DNA of 57,610 bases, filler included, from Deltaproteobacteria bacterium (GTDB lineage: Bacteria > JAEEML01), in the NCBI GenBank assembly GCA_016283195.1. It is 3 parts of 3 records of this genome, joined end to end, with 100 filler letters (N's around TTAATTAATTAA, not from the genome) between each part and the next. Parts side by side here need not be neighbours in the genome. Positions count along the whole stretch, not along the records: positions 1 to 19,226 come from JAEEML010000137.1; positions 19,327 to 40,122 come from JAEEML010000139.1; 1 more part is not named here. One strand, written 5' to 3'. Position 1 is the stretch's first letter. Every line of letters begins with the position of its first letter. This document shows, piece after piece, positions 18,095 through 27,594 of this stretch. The notes beneath the pieces were generated by a model. That model was not told where the DNA came from. It made no database searches and was given only the letters and a program-made list of their open reading frames with translations. A program made the position numbers and the translations under genes.

Positions 18095-18519
18095 ATATCT
18101 TAATAGATACGAATGTTTTGCTAGATTTTATTCAGCATAGGGAGCATTTTTCTGCTTCGGAGCAATTACTAACTCTTTGTGCCAAAAGAGAAGTTCATGG
18201 TTTCATGGCTGCTCATTCTGTGCCGAATATGTTTTATGTTTTGCGAAAAGACTTTTCTGATGAAGAGCGCCGTGAAATTCTGCTAGCGCTTGTAGAATTA
18301 ATCCCTGTGGTAAATATAGACCATGAAATGATAGAAGTAGCCTTAAAAAGAAAAAAATTTTCAGATTTTGAAGATTGCTTACAGGTAGAGTGCGCTAAAA
18401 AAATCGCGGCCGACTACATAATAACGCGAAATGTAACTGATTATACAGAATCAGAAGTCAAAGCTTTTTTACCTGATGAATTTTTAGATAAAATTGTGAG
18501 TGAAAAAAGTCTAAATTAA
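18091..18519 (+). CDS. PIN-domain toxin (VapC-like)
   Basis: ILIDTNVLLD, DFEDCLQ, IITRN..DY motifs. Confidence 0.92.
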   Translation: MNILIDTNVLLDFIQHREHFSASEQLLTLCAKREVHGFMAAHSVPNMFYVLRKDFSDEERREILLALVELIPVVNIDHEMIEVALKRKKFSDFEDCLQVECAKKIAADYIITRNVTDYTESEVKAFLPDEFLDKIVSEKSLN

Positions 18520-18628
18520 CCGCCTTATTGATGCGTATCCCACTTTAACCGGCGGCTATTTTTTGTTAAAAAGAGTGTGCCTCGTGTTTGGGCACCTAAG
18601 TAACTTTGCCGGATAAAGGGCTATTTTA

Positions 18629-19226
18629 ATGAAGATAATCGTAGTGGGTGCCGGCCAGCTCGGCCAGCTTTTAATTAGATTTTTTACTGAAGAAAATCAC
18701 GATGTTACCATCATAGACACCTCCAAAGAGCTGGTGGAAGAATTAACAGATAAATATGAGATAAACGGGGTTATAGGCAACGGCGCCGCCCCCTCAACGC
18801 TGGAAAGAGCCGGTGCTCATGCTGCCCGCCTTTTGGTGGCGGTGAGCGGCAGCGATGAGCTCAATTTGCTCTGTTCGCACCTCGCCAGGAAGCAAGGCGT
18901 GCCGCATATAATAGCCCGGGTGCGCTCGCAGGAATTTTTGCCGGAAAGCGAGGCTCTGGCTAAAAATCTGGGCATAAATCTCATAGTTAATCCGGAATAT
19001 GAAACAGCAGCCTCTATTGTGCGCGAGCTCAAATATCCCTCGCTCTTAAAGGTGGCGCCCTTTGGCGGCGGAGTGGTTAATTTAATTGAACTGGTGGTGG
19101 AAGAAGGCTCCAAGCTGATTGATCTCGAACTGAAATATTTAGGCCACCACCTAAAGGCGCGGGTTTTGGTTTCGGCGGCCATCAGAAACGGTGAGGCGCT
19201 TATCCCACGCGGCAATTTTAAAATTA
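18629..19226 (+). CDS. trkA: Trk potassium uptake NAD-binding subunit TrkA (3' truncated at contig end)
   Basis: MKIIVVGAGQLG RCK-N, SDELN, IARVR, IVNPE, RCK-C IPRG. Confidence 0.92.
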
Positions 19227-19326
19227 NNNNNNNNNNNNNNNNNNNNNNNNNNNNNNNNNNNNNNNNNNNNTTAATTAATTAANNNNNNNNNNNNNNNNNN
19301 NNNNNNNNNNNNNNNNNNNNNNNNNN
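19227..19326. other. Artificial contig junction
   Basis: N runs flanking the six-frame stop linker TTAATTAATTAA. Confidence 0.99.
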
Positions 19327-20376
19327 AATCACCATGGCTTTGGCTTTCACCGCCGTAATCACCGCTTCATGCTGCTGGGCCGCAAGAGTAATTTTCAGCT
19401 TTTCCTGCACCTCTTTTAAGGCGGATAACGGCTCTATGGGCCACTTTGGCGGCTTTCCCGCGATAATATTACCCAATAATTCGGCTGCAGTGCACTCCAG
19501 CTCATAATAATAGCTGGTATAGAGCGGCGTAGTCGGCAATACTTCGCCGCCCGGCCCCAAATCATTGGCATCGGCACAGAGTTTGCCGCTTTTCAGAGCG
19601 AGAGCTATTTGGTCCTGCACCATTTCCGGCGGCATATTTACCATAAAAGAGGCTTTTTCCACCAACTGCTCGCCGGTAAGATAAAGATGCCCCTCATCAC
19701 CGGCGGCATTTATCACTGCCTGTAAAGCGGCCACAATGCGCCGGGGGTCATTCTCCTCCATGCCCATGGAAAGAGCTATTTTATCGGCCGTGTGAAAGCC
19801 GATGCCGCGCACCTCTTCGGCCAAAACATAAGGATTATCGCGAATAATCCCCAAGGCTCTATGGCCAAAACGATGGTCTATTCTTAGCGCCTGGCCAATG
19901 CCGATATCATATTCCTGCAAAAAAACTATCAAATCCTGCAAATGGCGCTTTTCATGATAAGATTCAACTATTTGCTCGGCTTTTTTGGCGCCGATTTTGG
20001 GCACCTCTTTGAGGCGCTCCGGCTCATTCGCAATGATGCGCAAAGAGTCCGCGCCAAATACTTTTACAATGGCTTTGGCTGTAGCTTTGCCGATACCGCG
20101 CAGGAAGCCGGAGCCTAAATAGCCCTCAATGCCCTTTAAAGTGGTGGGGAGCTCCACGCGAAAAGATTCCAGCTTAAATTCTTTGCCCCACTGCACATCA
20201 TAGGCAAAATAGCCGGTGAGCTCCACCTCTTCACCGGCTTCCACCCCCACCAGGAGGCCGGTCACCACCAATTCGCTTTTTTGGTAATCAAAGACAAAAA
20301 CGCCCCAATTGGTAAGCTCGTTATAATAGCGCCGCCGGCGCAGCGTGGCTTTTATAGTCTGGAGATTATCAGTCAT
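19327..20376 (-). CDS. recD2: ATP-dependent RecD2-like DNA helicase (3' truncated)
   Basis: YLGSG..RGIG, HhH VPKIG.KKA, NPY.L...V.GIGF..AD.IA, GDEGH; truncated just before Walker A. Confidence 0.92.
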
Positions 20377-22495
20377 CCATGCCCTTGCGCTTTAAGAAAG
20401 CCTGAACATCGGCTTTTCTGCCCATAAAGTTTTCATAAAGTTCATCAGCCGGCCGGCTACCGCCCTTTTCCAAAATTTCATGGCGCAGACGGCTAGCCAC
20501 TTCGCGGTTAAAAATGCCCTCTTTTTGAAAGACGGAATAAACATCGGCATCTAAAACCTGGGTCCAAAGGTAGCTATAGTAGCCGGCCGAATAACCACCG
20601 GCAAAAACGTGGCGGAAATAAGGTGTGCGATAGCGAATGCCCACTTCCAGCGGCAATTTTTTCTCCTCCACCATTTTGGCTTCAAAAGCCATGGGGTCGC
20701 CGCTAAAAGGCTCGGTAATGGTATGCCAGGCCATATCCAGGTAGGCAGCGGCCATGAGCTCGGTAGTGATAAAGCCCTGGTTAAACACACGCGCCGCTTG
20801 CAATTTCTCTATTAATTCCGCAGGCATAGGCGAGCCGTCTTTATAATGTTTGGCATATACTTTGAGAAATTCCGGCTCCAAAACCCAGTTTTCCATGAGC
20901 TGCGAAGGCATTTCCACAAAATCGCGCGGCACATTGGTGCCAGCCTGGGAACGATATTTAGTATTTGAGAGAATGGCATGAATACCATGGCCCAGCTCGT
21001 GGAAGAGCGTCTCCACTTCATCGAGGCTCAAAAGCGCTGGAATATCGCCGCTCGGCGGAGTAAAATTATGCACATTGACAATCACCGGCGGAACGCGCTG
21101 GCCATTTACTATTTCCTCGGCCACCACATCGTTCATCCAGGCGCCGCCGCGCTTACTCTCCCTAGGGAAGGAATCCATGGAAAGAATGCCAAGTGTGCTG
21201 CCATCGCTGTCTTTTATTTCATAAATAACCACATCGGGGTGATAAATGGGCAAATCATGGCGTCTTTCAAAAGTAATGCCATAAAGGCGCTCGGCCAAAG
21301 TTAAGGCACCCTTGCGCACCTCTTCGAGGGCAAAATAGCTGCGCACTTCTTCATCATTAAGGCCCAGCTCACTCTGACGGCGTTTTTCCATATAATAAGA
21401 CCAATCCCAGGGCTCGGCTTTGCTGCCCTTCATCTCCGTGATTTTAGCCAAATCAGCCTGCGCGGCGGCTAGGGATTTTTCCCATATCGGATCCATCAGG
21501 CTGTAAACGCCGGCAGCATTTTTAGCCATATTTTTCGCGAGTACATAATCGGCATGGTGCGGATAGCCCAAAAGCTTAGCCCGCTCAAGGCGCAAATTGG
21601 CAATTTCCACCGCCAGAGCCTTATTATCTAATTCATTGTTATTATTGCCTTTATTTATATATGCCTTGTAAAGTGCTTCACGCATTTTGGCACTATCGGC
21701 AAAGCGCAACACCGGCTGAATACTGGGGTACTTCAAAGTAAAAGCCCAGCCGCTCTCGCCCTTGGCTTTGGCCGCTTCAGCCGCCTGATCGATGACAAAT
21801 TGCGGGAGCCCTGAGAGCTCTTTTTCATCTTTTACCAAATAATAATACTTATTTTCCTCAGCCAGCACATTATCGCCAAAAGTTAAAGTGGCACTGGAGA
21901 GGCGCCCGTTTATCTCTTTTAAACGGGCCTTTTCGGCTGCCCCGAGCGCTGCACCGCCGCGAATAAAGCCATCGTAATAATCGCTCAGTAACTTGTCATC
22001 AGCCGCATCAAGCTTAAGAGCATCTTTTTCTTTATAGAGCTTTTCAAGGCGCTTAAAGAGCGCTTCGTTCATGGAAATCTCATCTTCATGCGCCGAGAGC
22101 ATGGGCGAAATTTCCTGAGCCAGTTTTTGCAGATCATCATTGGTGTTCATGCTGAGAAGATTATAAAAAATACTGGCCACCCGCTCCAGCTCGCGGCCGC
22201 TATTCTCAAGAGCCACGACAGTATTCAAAAATGTCGGCTCTTCCTTATTAGAGGTAATAGCCGCAATTTCTTCTTCATGATGTTTCATGGCCAGAGTAAA
22301 GGCCGGTTTATACCAGGAAAGCTGATATTTATCCCATTCGGGAATCATAAACGGTGCCGGGGACGGTTTTAATAACATTTCAAAATCATTCATATTTTTC
22401 TCTGCCACTTTCGGTGAATCGGCCGTAACTCCTGTAGTTACACAGCCATTTAAAAGCATTAAAACAGAAAATCCTAAAACTTTGCGCACTTTCAT
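20369..22495 (-). CDS. dcp: M3A metallopeptidase (peptidyl-dipeptidase Dcp-like), lipoprotein
   Basis: HELGH zinc motif, KRGGAWM, DFVEMPSQ, GYSAGYYSYLW; lipobox LNGC. Confidence 0.92.
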   Translation of the reverse strand: MKVRKVLGFSVLMLLNGCVTTGVTADSPKVAEKNMNDFEMLLKPSPAPFMIPEWDKYQLSWYKPAFTLAMKHHEEEIAAITSNKEEPTFLNTVVALENSGRELERVASIFYNLLSMNTNDDLQKLAQEISPMLSAHEDEISMNEALFKRLEKLYKEKDALKLDAADDKLLSDYYDGFIRGGAALGAAEKARLKEINGRLSSATLTFGDNVLAEENKYYYLVKDEKELSGLPQFVIDQAAEAAKAKGESGWAFTLKYPSIQPVLRFADSAKMREALYKAYINKGNNNNELDNKALAVEIANLRLERAKLLGYPHHADYVLAKNMAKNAAGVYSLMDPIWEKSLAAAQADLAKITEMKGSKAEPWDWSYYMEKRRQSELGLNDEEVRSYFALEEVRKGALTLAERLYGITFERRHDLPIYHPDVVIYEIKDSDGSTLGILSMDSFPRESKRGGAWMNDVVAEEIVNGQRVPPVIVNVHNFTPPSGDIPALLSLDEVETLFHELGHGIHAILSNTKYRSQAGTNVPRDFVEMPSQLMENWVLEPEFLKVYAKHYKDGSPMPAELIEKLQAARVFNQGFITTELMAAAYLDMAWHTITEPFSGDPMAFEAKMVEEKKLPLEVGIRYRTPYFRHVFAGGYSAGYYSYLWTQVLDADVYSVFQKEGIFNREVASRLRHEILEKGGSRPADELYENFMGRKADVQAFLKRKGMDD

Positions 22496-22620
22496 ATTAC
22501 CTCCGGAAGGAAAAGCACAAACATACCATGGCTAGCAAAAACAGCCATGTTTTGCAAGAGGCCGCCGTGAAGAGCCGGAAAGGACCAGAGCTTTTTTATT
22601 AAAAAAATCGCTTTATGCCA

Positions 22621-22649
22621 TTGATTTACCATTTTTTTCACTTTATGCT
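22621..22649 (+). promoter_or_regulatory. Putative sigma70 promoter of the chaperone / HD-GYP operon
   Basis: TTGATT-N17-TATGCT, 47 nt before ATG 22696. Confidence 0.5.
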
Positions 22650-22695
22650 ACGGGGCAGTATTGATCGATCTCTCGTCGATCTAAGGAGCTTACCT

Positions 22696-23181
22696 ATGGG
22701 AAGTGCATCAGAAATTGATAGTACAGCCGGACAATATCTGGAATTTATGATTCACGGTTTTATGAATGGTCTCATCACTTTACAAGAGCTAGAGGGCATT
22801 AACGACCAAGAGATGGAAACAATTTACGCTCTCGGTTACAACTTTTTCACCTATGGCAAATATGAGGCCGCCAAAGACATTTTCACCGGGCTTACCGCCT
22901 ATGCCCCTTACACCAGCCACTATTGGCGCGCTCTTGGTGCCGTCAATCAGCAAGTTAAAGAATATTCCGACGCCATTGCCGCTTATGATATGGCTGTAGC
23001 CAACGATCCCAATGATGTGGTGAGTTATGTCTATAGAGGCGAGTGCAATATCCTCTCTTCCAATGTTGAAGCCGGCAAGGAAGATTTGCACAAAGTGCTT
23101 GAAATAGCTCCTAATTTTCCTGAATATCAACCTTGGATGCAGCGCGCTCAATTGCTTTTGCGCCTGCATGGGGAGGGCTGA
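22696..23181 (+). CDS. SycD/LcrH (class II) type III secretion chaperone, TPR protein
   Basis: Start at 22696 after TAAGGAG; G..TL..L.GI..QEMETIYALGYNFF..GKY..A..IF, YW.ALGA..Q..K.Y..A..AY and GEC pattern typical of SycD/LcrH/IpgC. Confidence 0.85.
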   Translation: MGSASEIDSTAGQYLEFMIHGFMNGLITLQELEGINDQEMETIYALGYNFFTYGKYEAAKDIFTGLTAYAPYTSHYWRALGAVNQQVKEYSDAIAAYDMAVANDPNDVVSYVYRGECNILSSNVEAGKEDLHKVLEIAPNFPEYQPWMQRAQLLLRLHGEG

Positions 23182-23192
23182 GGATTATTCAG

Positions 23193-24185
23193 ATGCTGGA
23201 GAGGCTAAAAGAATTTAACAGGCTATCTGCCGCCTTTAATCAGGCCCGTTCGCTTCCAACCTTGTCTGATGCCATCTTGGCTTGCTTAAAGCAGATGAAC
23301 GGTTGCGCCAGAGGCGGTGTTTGGCTGCGCCCTTATCGCAGCAATGAACCGGTGCTCATGGGCAGTTTCGGCTATGACGACGGCAGTTCGCCCATGCCCC
23401 AGGTGCACAATGCCTATAATTTGCTCTGTGCGCCTCTTTGTTACCGCGAAAGCATTTTGGGCTTTATTCAAGCCGAAGCACACGACAGCACCTCTTTTGA
23501 TGAACTAAGCCAGGAACTCTTTGCCACTCTGGCTAATCAAGCTGCCGTAGCTCTAGAAAACGCCCGTCTCTTTGCCGATGTGCAGGAAACTTATGTAGAA
23601 ACCATCAGCTCTCTGGCTAATGCCCTGGAAGCACGCGATAATTACACCAAAGGCCACTCCGAGCGGGTAACGCAATATAGCATGGCCATTGCCCAAGTTA
23701 TAAATCTGGAAAGCGAGCGTCTGCAAATTCTAAAACACGCCGCCATGCTTCACGACATTGGCAAAATTGGCATTAAAGATATTATTTTAAATAAAAACGG
23801 GCGTTTAACCCAAGACGAACGCGCAACTATCGAGCGCCATTCGGTACTTGGCGATTTGATACTCGGCCCCTGTACTTTTTTGGCCGGCGTGCAAAAAATT
23901 GTTCTCCACCACCATGAGCGCTATGACGGCCTCGGCTACCCAGAAGGGCTAAGCGGCGAAAATATTCCTTTGGAAGCGCGCATAATTGCCGTTGCCGATT
24001 CCTTTGACGCTATGACTTCCGATCGCCCTTATCGCCAGGCTCTATCTTTGAAACACGCTATTGAGGAATTGCAAAAAGGCGCCGGCACCCAATTTGATCC
24101 GGCCTTAGTAGAAGCTTTTCTCTCTTGGCTTAGCACCCACCATCTTCTTACCCACATCGCCGGCAAGGCTTCTGAAGCTGCTTAA
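23193..24185 (+). CDS. GAF + HD-GYP c-di-GMP phosphodiesterase
   Basis: GAF (ANQAAVALENARL), GHSERV, HDIGK, HHERYDG.GYP, IAVADSFDAMTS.RPYR; start at 23193 avoids overlap. Confidence 0.92.
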   Translation: MLERLKEFNRLSAAFNQARSLPTLSDAILACLKQMNGCARGGVWLRPYRSNEPVLMGSFGYDDGSSPMPQVHNAYNLLCAPLCYRESILGFIQAEAHDSTSFDELSQELFATLANQAAVALENARLFADVQETYVETISSLANALEARDNYTKGHSERVTQYSMAIAQVINLESERLQILKHAAMLHDIGKIGIKDIILNKNGRLTQDERATIERHSVLGDLILGPCTFLAGVQKIVLHHHERYDGLGYPEGLSGENIPLEARIIAVADSFDAMTSDRPYRQALSLKHAIEELQKGAGTQFDPALVEAFLSWLSTHHLLTHIAGKASEAA

Positions 24186-24285
24186 TTATTCTATAAATTA
24201 GCCCGGTTATCGTTTTATTACTTTTTTTTTAAAAAAAAGCTTGACTCTAGGAGCGCTTTTTAATACAACCGCCCTTGCCCTGAGT

Positions 24286-24361
<76 letters not shown>

Positions 24362-24373
24362 TATTTAAAATAT

Positions 24374-24401
24374 AAGCCCCGGTTTTCCGGGGTTTTTTTT
24401 T
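24374..24401 (+). terminator. Rho-independent terminator after tRNA-Phe
   Basis: AAGCCCCGG-TTTT-CCGGGGTTT hairpin followed by a T run. Confidence 0.85.
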
Positions 24402-24429
24402 ACCTTTTTTTCTTGCCGCGGAGCTTCTC

Positions 24430-24972
24430 ATGAGCACCTTAAACCTCTTTGCCGAAGAAATTGATACTACTGCCGAAATAGACCATTTGATCACCACCAT
24501 ATCAGCCGCAATAAATCTGGCTCCCAATAGACTCTTTTTGGCCCCGCATAGCGGCAAAGAGGAAGCTACAGACATCATCTTAGAGGAAATGCCCTACCCG
24601 CCTCCGGCCAATGAGGATCTCAAACCAAAGCGCACAATCACTATATGCTACTTTAAAGATAATAACGATGGAACAGTTCTTTTGGCCATAAAACCCGCCC
24701 ACCTTGCCCTACTTGCCATGCCGGAAAGCGCTGTTTTGGGAAAACGCACCCAATCCTGGCAACTGATTTCTTTTGCAAAAGATGATACCACCCTCTTAAC
24801 CTACATAAAAAGCTTAATTAAACTGATTATTGATAGCTATGAATCCGCTTCTGCATTTGGCTGTTGCAGCCGCTTTAAAGAGTGTGCGGCCGGCGGTTAC
24901 TGTATGCACGAAAATATTCTTTATGCCAAAGGCTGCTTTTACGGAAAAAAGTTTAAATCTGGCTGGGAATAA
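24430..24972 (+). CDS. Hypothetical protein with C-terminal Cys cluster
   Basis: 180-aa ORF with GGAG RBS; FGCCSRFKEC...CMH...GCFY C-terminal motif. Confidence 0.7.
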   Translation: MSTLNLFAEEIDTTAEIDHLITTISAAINLAPNRLFLAPHSGKEEATDIILEEMPYPPPANEDLKPKRTITICYFKDNNDGTVLLAIKPAHLALLAMPESAVLGKRTQSWQLISFAKDDTTLLTYIKSLIKLIIDSYESASAFGCCSRFKECAAGGYCMHENILYAKGCFYGKKFKSGWE

Positions 24973-24975
24973 TTA

Positions 24976-26199
24976 TTATTTGCCAGAGAGGCAATAGTTA
25001 CCGAGGCTGGGTGAGGCACCGCAGGTTTCTCCGCAAAGAGCACAATTACGCTCTAATATTTCGCCGTTTTCGCACCAGCGGGCAATACTGCCGGCACATT
25101 CACCGCTCCAATTGAGTTCGCCGCATAAGTTTTCACGGCACCGATAATCACCCTGCCCATCGGCCCGGCAAAATTTATTGGCTGCGGCACAATTCTCATA
25201 TTTTACTTCACCATTCTCACACCATCTGGCAATTGTGCCGTTTAATGTACATTCTCCCTTAGCGGTAAGATCCAAACAACCGGTTATTTTGCCTCCGGCC
25301 ACATCGCGCCTTTCAATCCAATCCAAGCTGTAATCTACCCGCGCATATTCATCTTCATCAACACAGGACATATCACCGCCGGAAACAGTGCCGACCACAC
25401 GCAAAATACCATCAGGCATGCGGTAAAGTGCCGGCCCGCCGGAATCGCCGGAACAAACAGAGCTCTCACCTTTACCGTCAACAGTAAAGTAGCCATCTTT
25501 AACTTTCACCACTTCTTCTGCGGTCCAAAAGCGCTTGGTATTGTCATCCATACCGCCACTGACAGTAGCGCCGTAACCAACATTTTGCACCTTTTCGCCA
25601 AGCAGGAATGAGATATCAAAAAAATTGAGCTCTATGGGTTTAATACCGGGCATTTTGGTTAAATCATCCTTTAAGATAAAAATGGACACATCGTTAACAC
25701 TGGATTCGTGGGCATCTTCATCCCAGTCAGGATAAGAATAATATTTTACTATTTCAAAAAGTTGCGGGCTATCAGCCATATCCTCGCCAATACCAAAGCT
25801 ATAATAAGCGGCCGGTTCAGGTTCATCCCAGCCGTATTCGGGAACAACACAATGAGCCGCACTGATAACAACATTTGGGGCCACTAAAGTGGCTGTGCAA
25901 ATATTGCTCCAGCCGTAATCTTCAAAATAATACATAAGAGCCCCAATGGCTCTCTTTTCCTCTGGAGAAATATCAAACATAGTGGCGTCGGTAGAGCCGT
26001 TAACTATATTCAGTTTTCTGGCTTCTTTTACTTTCTGCGCCAAACAGGCTTTAGACAAATCCGGCGCTTCATCAGCTCCATTAGCAGCACCTTTGGCAGA
26101 TGAGGTATTCCCAGGTAAATCAGATTCTAAATCAGTCCTGGAACAAGCGCCCAATACCATCATCAAAGCAGGCAACATTAAAAACGATAATATCCGCAT
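24976..26199 (-). CDS. S1 (chymotrypsin-fold) serine protease lipoprotein with Cys-rich C-terminal repeats
   Basis: Lipobox LGAC, IVNG activation site, SAAHC, NDVSI, GDSGGP; two GEC...IARWCENGE...NCA repeats. Confidence 0.92.
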   Translation of the reverse strand: MRILSFLMLPALMMVLGACSRTDLESDLPGNTSSAKGAANGADEAPDLSKACLAQKVKEARKLNIVNGSTDATMFDISPEEKRAIGALMYYFEDYGWSNICTATLVAPNVVISAAHCVVPEYGWDEPEPAAYYSFGIGEDMADSPQLFEIVKYYSYPDWDEDAHESSVNDVSIFILKDDLTKMPGIKPIELNFFDISFLLGEKVQNVGYGATVSGGMDDNTKRFWTAEEVVKVKDGYFTVDGKGESSVCSGDSGGPALYRMPDGILRVVGTVSGGDMSCVDEDEYARVDYSLDWIERRDVAGGKITGCLDLTAKGECTLNGTIARWCENGEVKYENCAAANKFCRADGQGDYRCRENLCGELNWSGECAGSIARWCENGEILERNCALCGETCGASPSLGNYCLSGK

Positions 26200-26346
26200 T
26201 TTTTCTCCTGTTCTGCCAAAGGCAAAACCAAAAAACTAAATTAAAGAGTATCACCCATAACAAGATGGAAACAAGATCAAAGAGGCCATTTTTTTCAAGT
26301 GCACTTCAAATAAAATTGGTTGATTGATGAATCAGATGAAGGAATT

Positions 26347-26433
26347 TGGTGCCGAGGGAGGGAATCGAACCCTCACGAGCTTTCGCCCAGAGGATTTTAA
26401 GTCCTCTGCGTCTACCGGTTCCGCCACCACGGC
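26347..26433 (-). tRNA. tRNA-Leu (TAA)
   Basis: Minus strand GCCGTGGTGGCGGAA...AGAGGACTTAAAATCCTCT...GTTCGATTCCCTCCCTCGGCACCA with long variable arm; TTGACA-N17-TAGCAA upstream. Confidence 0.95.
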
Positions 26434-26595
26434 ACCTAGGGCTTGCTTGCTAGCACCTCTTGCCGGTTTTGTCAAGAGATGAAAGAGGCACATTGTGAAA
26501 AATTCTTATTTTGGCCATAAATTTTATATCAATCGCGCAATCTGCTATAAGGTCTTTGGCCGTTTTTATGGCCATGACAGGTAGGAGAATTATTT

Positions 26596-27594
26596 ATGCG
26601 GCTTTTAGTCACCGGTGCAGCCGGTTTTATTGGCAGTGAATATGTGCGTCAGGCCGTTAAATTGGGCCATGAGTGCATTGTTATTGACAAACTCACCTAT
26701 TGCGGCGATGTGGCCCGCATAGCCCAGGAAGTTGATAGCGGCGCGGCCACTTTTTATCAGACTGATATTTGCAACCGCGAATTTGTGGAATATATTTTTA
26801 AAAAGCATCAGCCTGAAGCGGTAATGCATCTGGCCGCCGAAAGCCATGTTGACCGCTCCATTATGGATGCTTCACCATTTATTGATTCTAATGTTCGCGG
26901 TACCCAGGTGCTCCTGGATACGGCGCTCAAAACCCCATCAATAAAGCGCTTTGTCAATATGGCGACCGACGAAGTATATGGCGATTTGGGAGAAACGGGC
27001 TTTTTCACCGAAGAAACGCCGCTCTCCCCTTCCAGCCCTTACTCGGTGAGCAAAGCGGCCGCCGATATGCTGGGCCGGGCTTACTATCGCACTCATGGCT
27101 TGCCGGTGGTAACTGTGCGCGCCTCTAACAATTACGGCCCTTGGCAATTTCCAGAAAAATTATTGCCGGTTGTAGTGGTAAAAGCCTTAAATAACGAGAA
27201 GATACCGGTTTACGGCCAAGGGCTCAACATTAGAGAATGGCTCAATGTCAGCGATGCGGCTGAGGCCCTTTTGGCCCTCACCTTAAAGGGCAAGCCCGGA
27301 GAAGCCTATAATGTCGGCAGCGGCGACGAAAGGCGCAATATTGAGGTGGTAAAAGCCATTTTGGCCATTTTGGGTAAGCCGGAAAGCCTCATCACCTATG
27401 TGCAAGACCGCCCCGGGCACGATTTCCGCTATAGTTTAAAAACCGATAAAATCGCCCATGAAATAGGCTGGAAAGCCAGGATAAATTTTGAAAAAGGGCT
27501 GGAAGATACCGTGCATTGGTATGTGGATAATATGGCCTGGGTAAACGAAAAGCTGGATTATCTCCGCAATTATTGGCAGAAAGTTTACAAATGA
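26596..27594 (+). CDS. rfbB: dTDP-glucose 4,6-dehydratase
   Basis: TGAAGFIG, DKLTY, AAESHVDRS, TDEVYG, YSVSK, NNYGP, DRPGHD. Confidence 0.96.
   Translation: MRLLVTGAAGFIGSEYVRQAVKLGHECIVIDKLTYCGDVARIAQEVDSGAATFYQTDICNREFVEYIFKKHQPEAVMHLAAESHVDRSIMDASPFIDSNVRGTQVLLDTALKTPSIKRFVNMATDEVYGDLGETGFFTEETPLSPSSPYSVSKAAADMLGRAYYRTHGLPVVTVRASNNYGPWQFPEKLLPVVVVKALNNEKIPVYGQGLNIREWLNVSDAAEALLALTLKGKPGEAYNVGSGDERRNIEVVKAILAILGKPESLITYVQDRPGHDFRYSLKTDKIAHEIGWKARINFEKGLEDTVHWYVDNMAWVNEKLDYLRNYWQKVYK

Noticed and set aside
19227-19326. TTAATTAATTAA palindrome and apparent trkA/recD2 pseudogenes (same at 40123-40222 for hsdR)
   Set aside because: Assembly linker; the truncations are contig ends, not biological.
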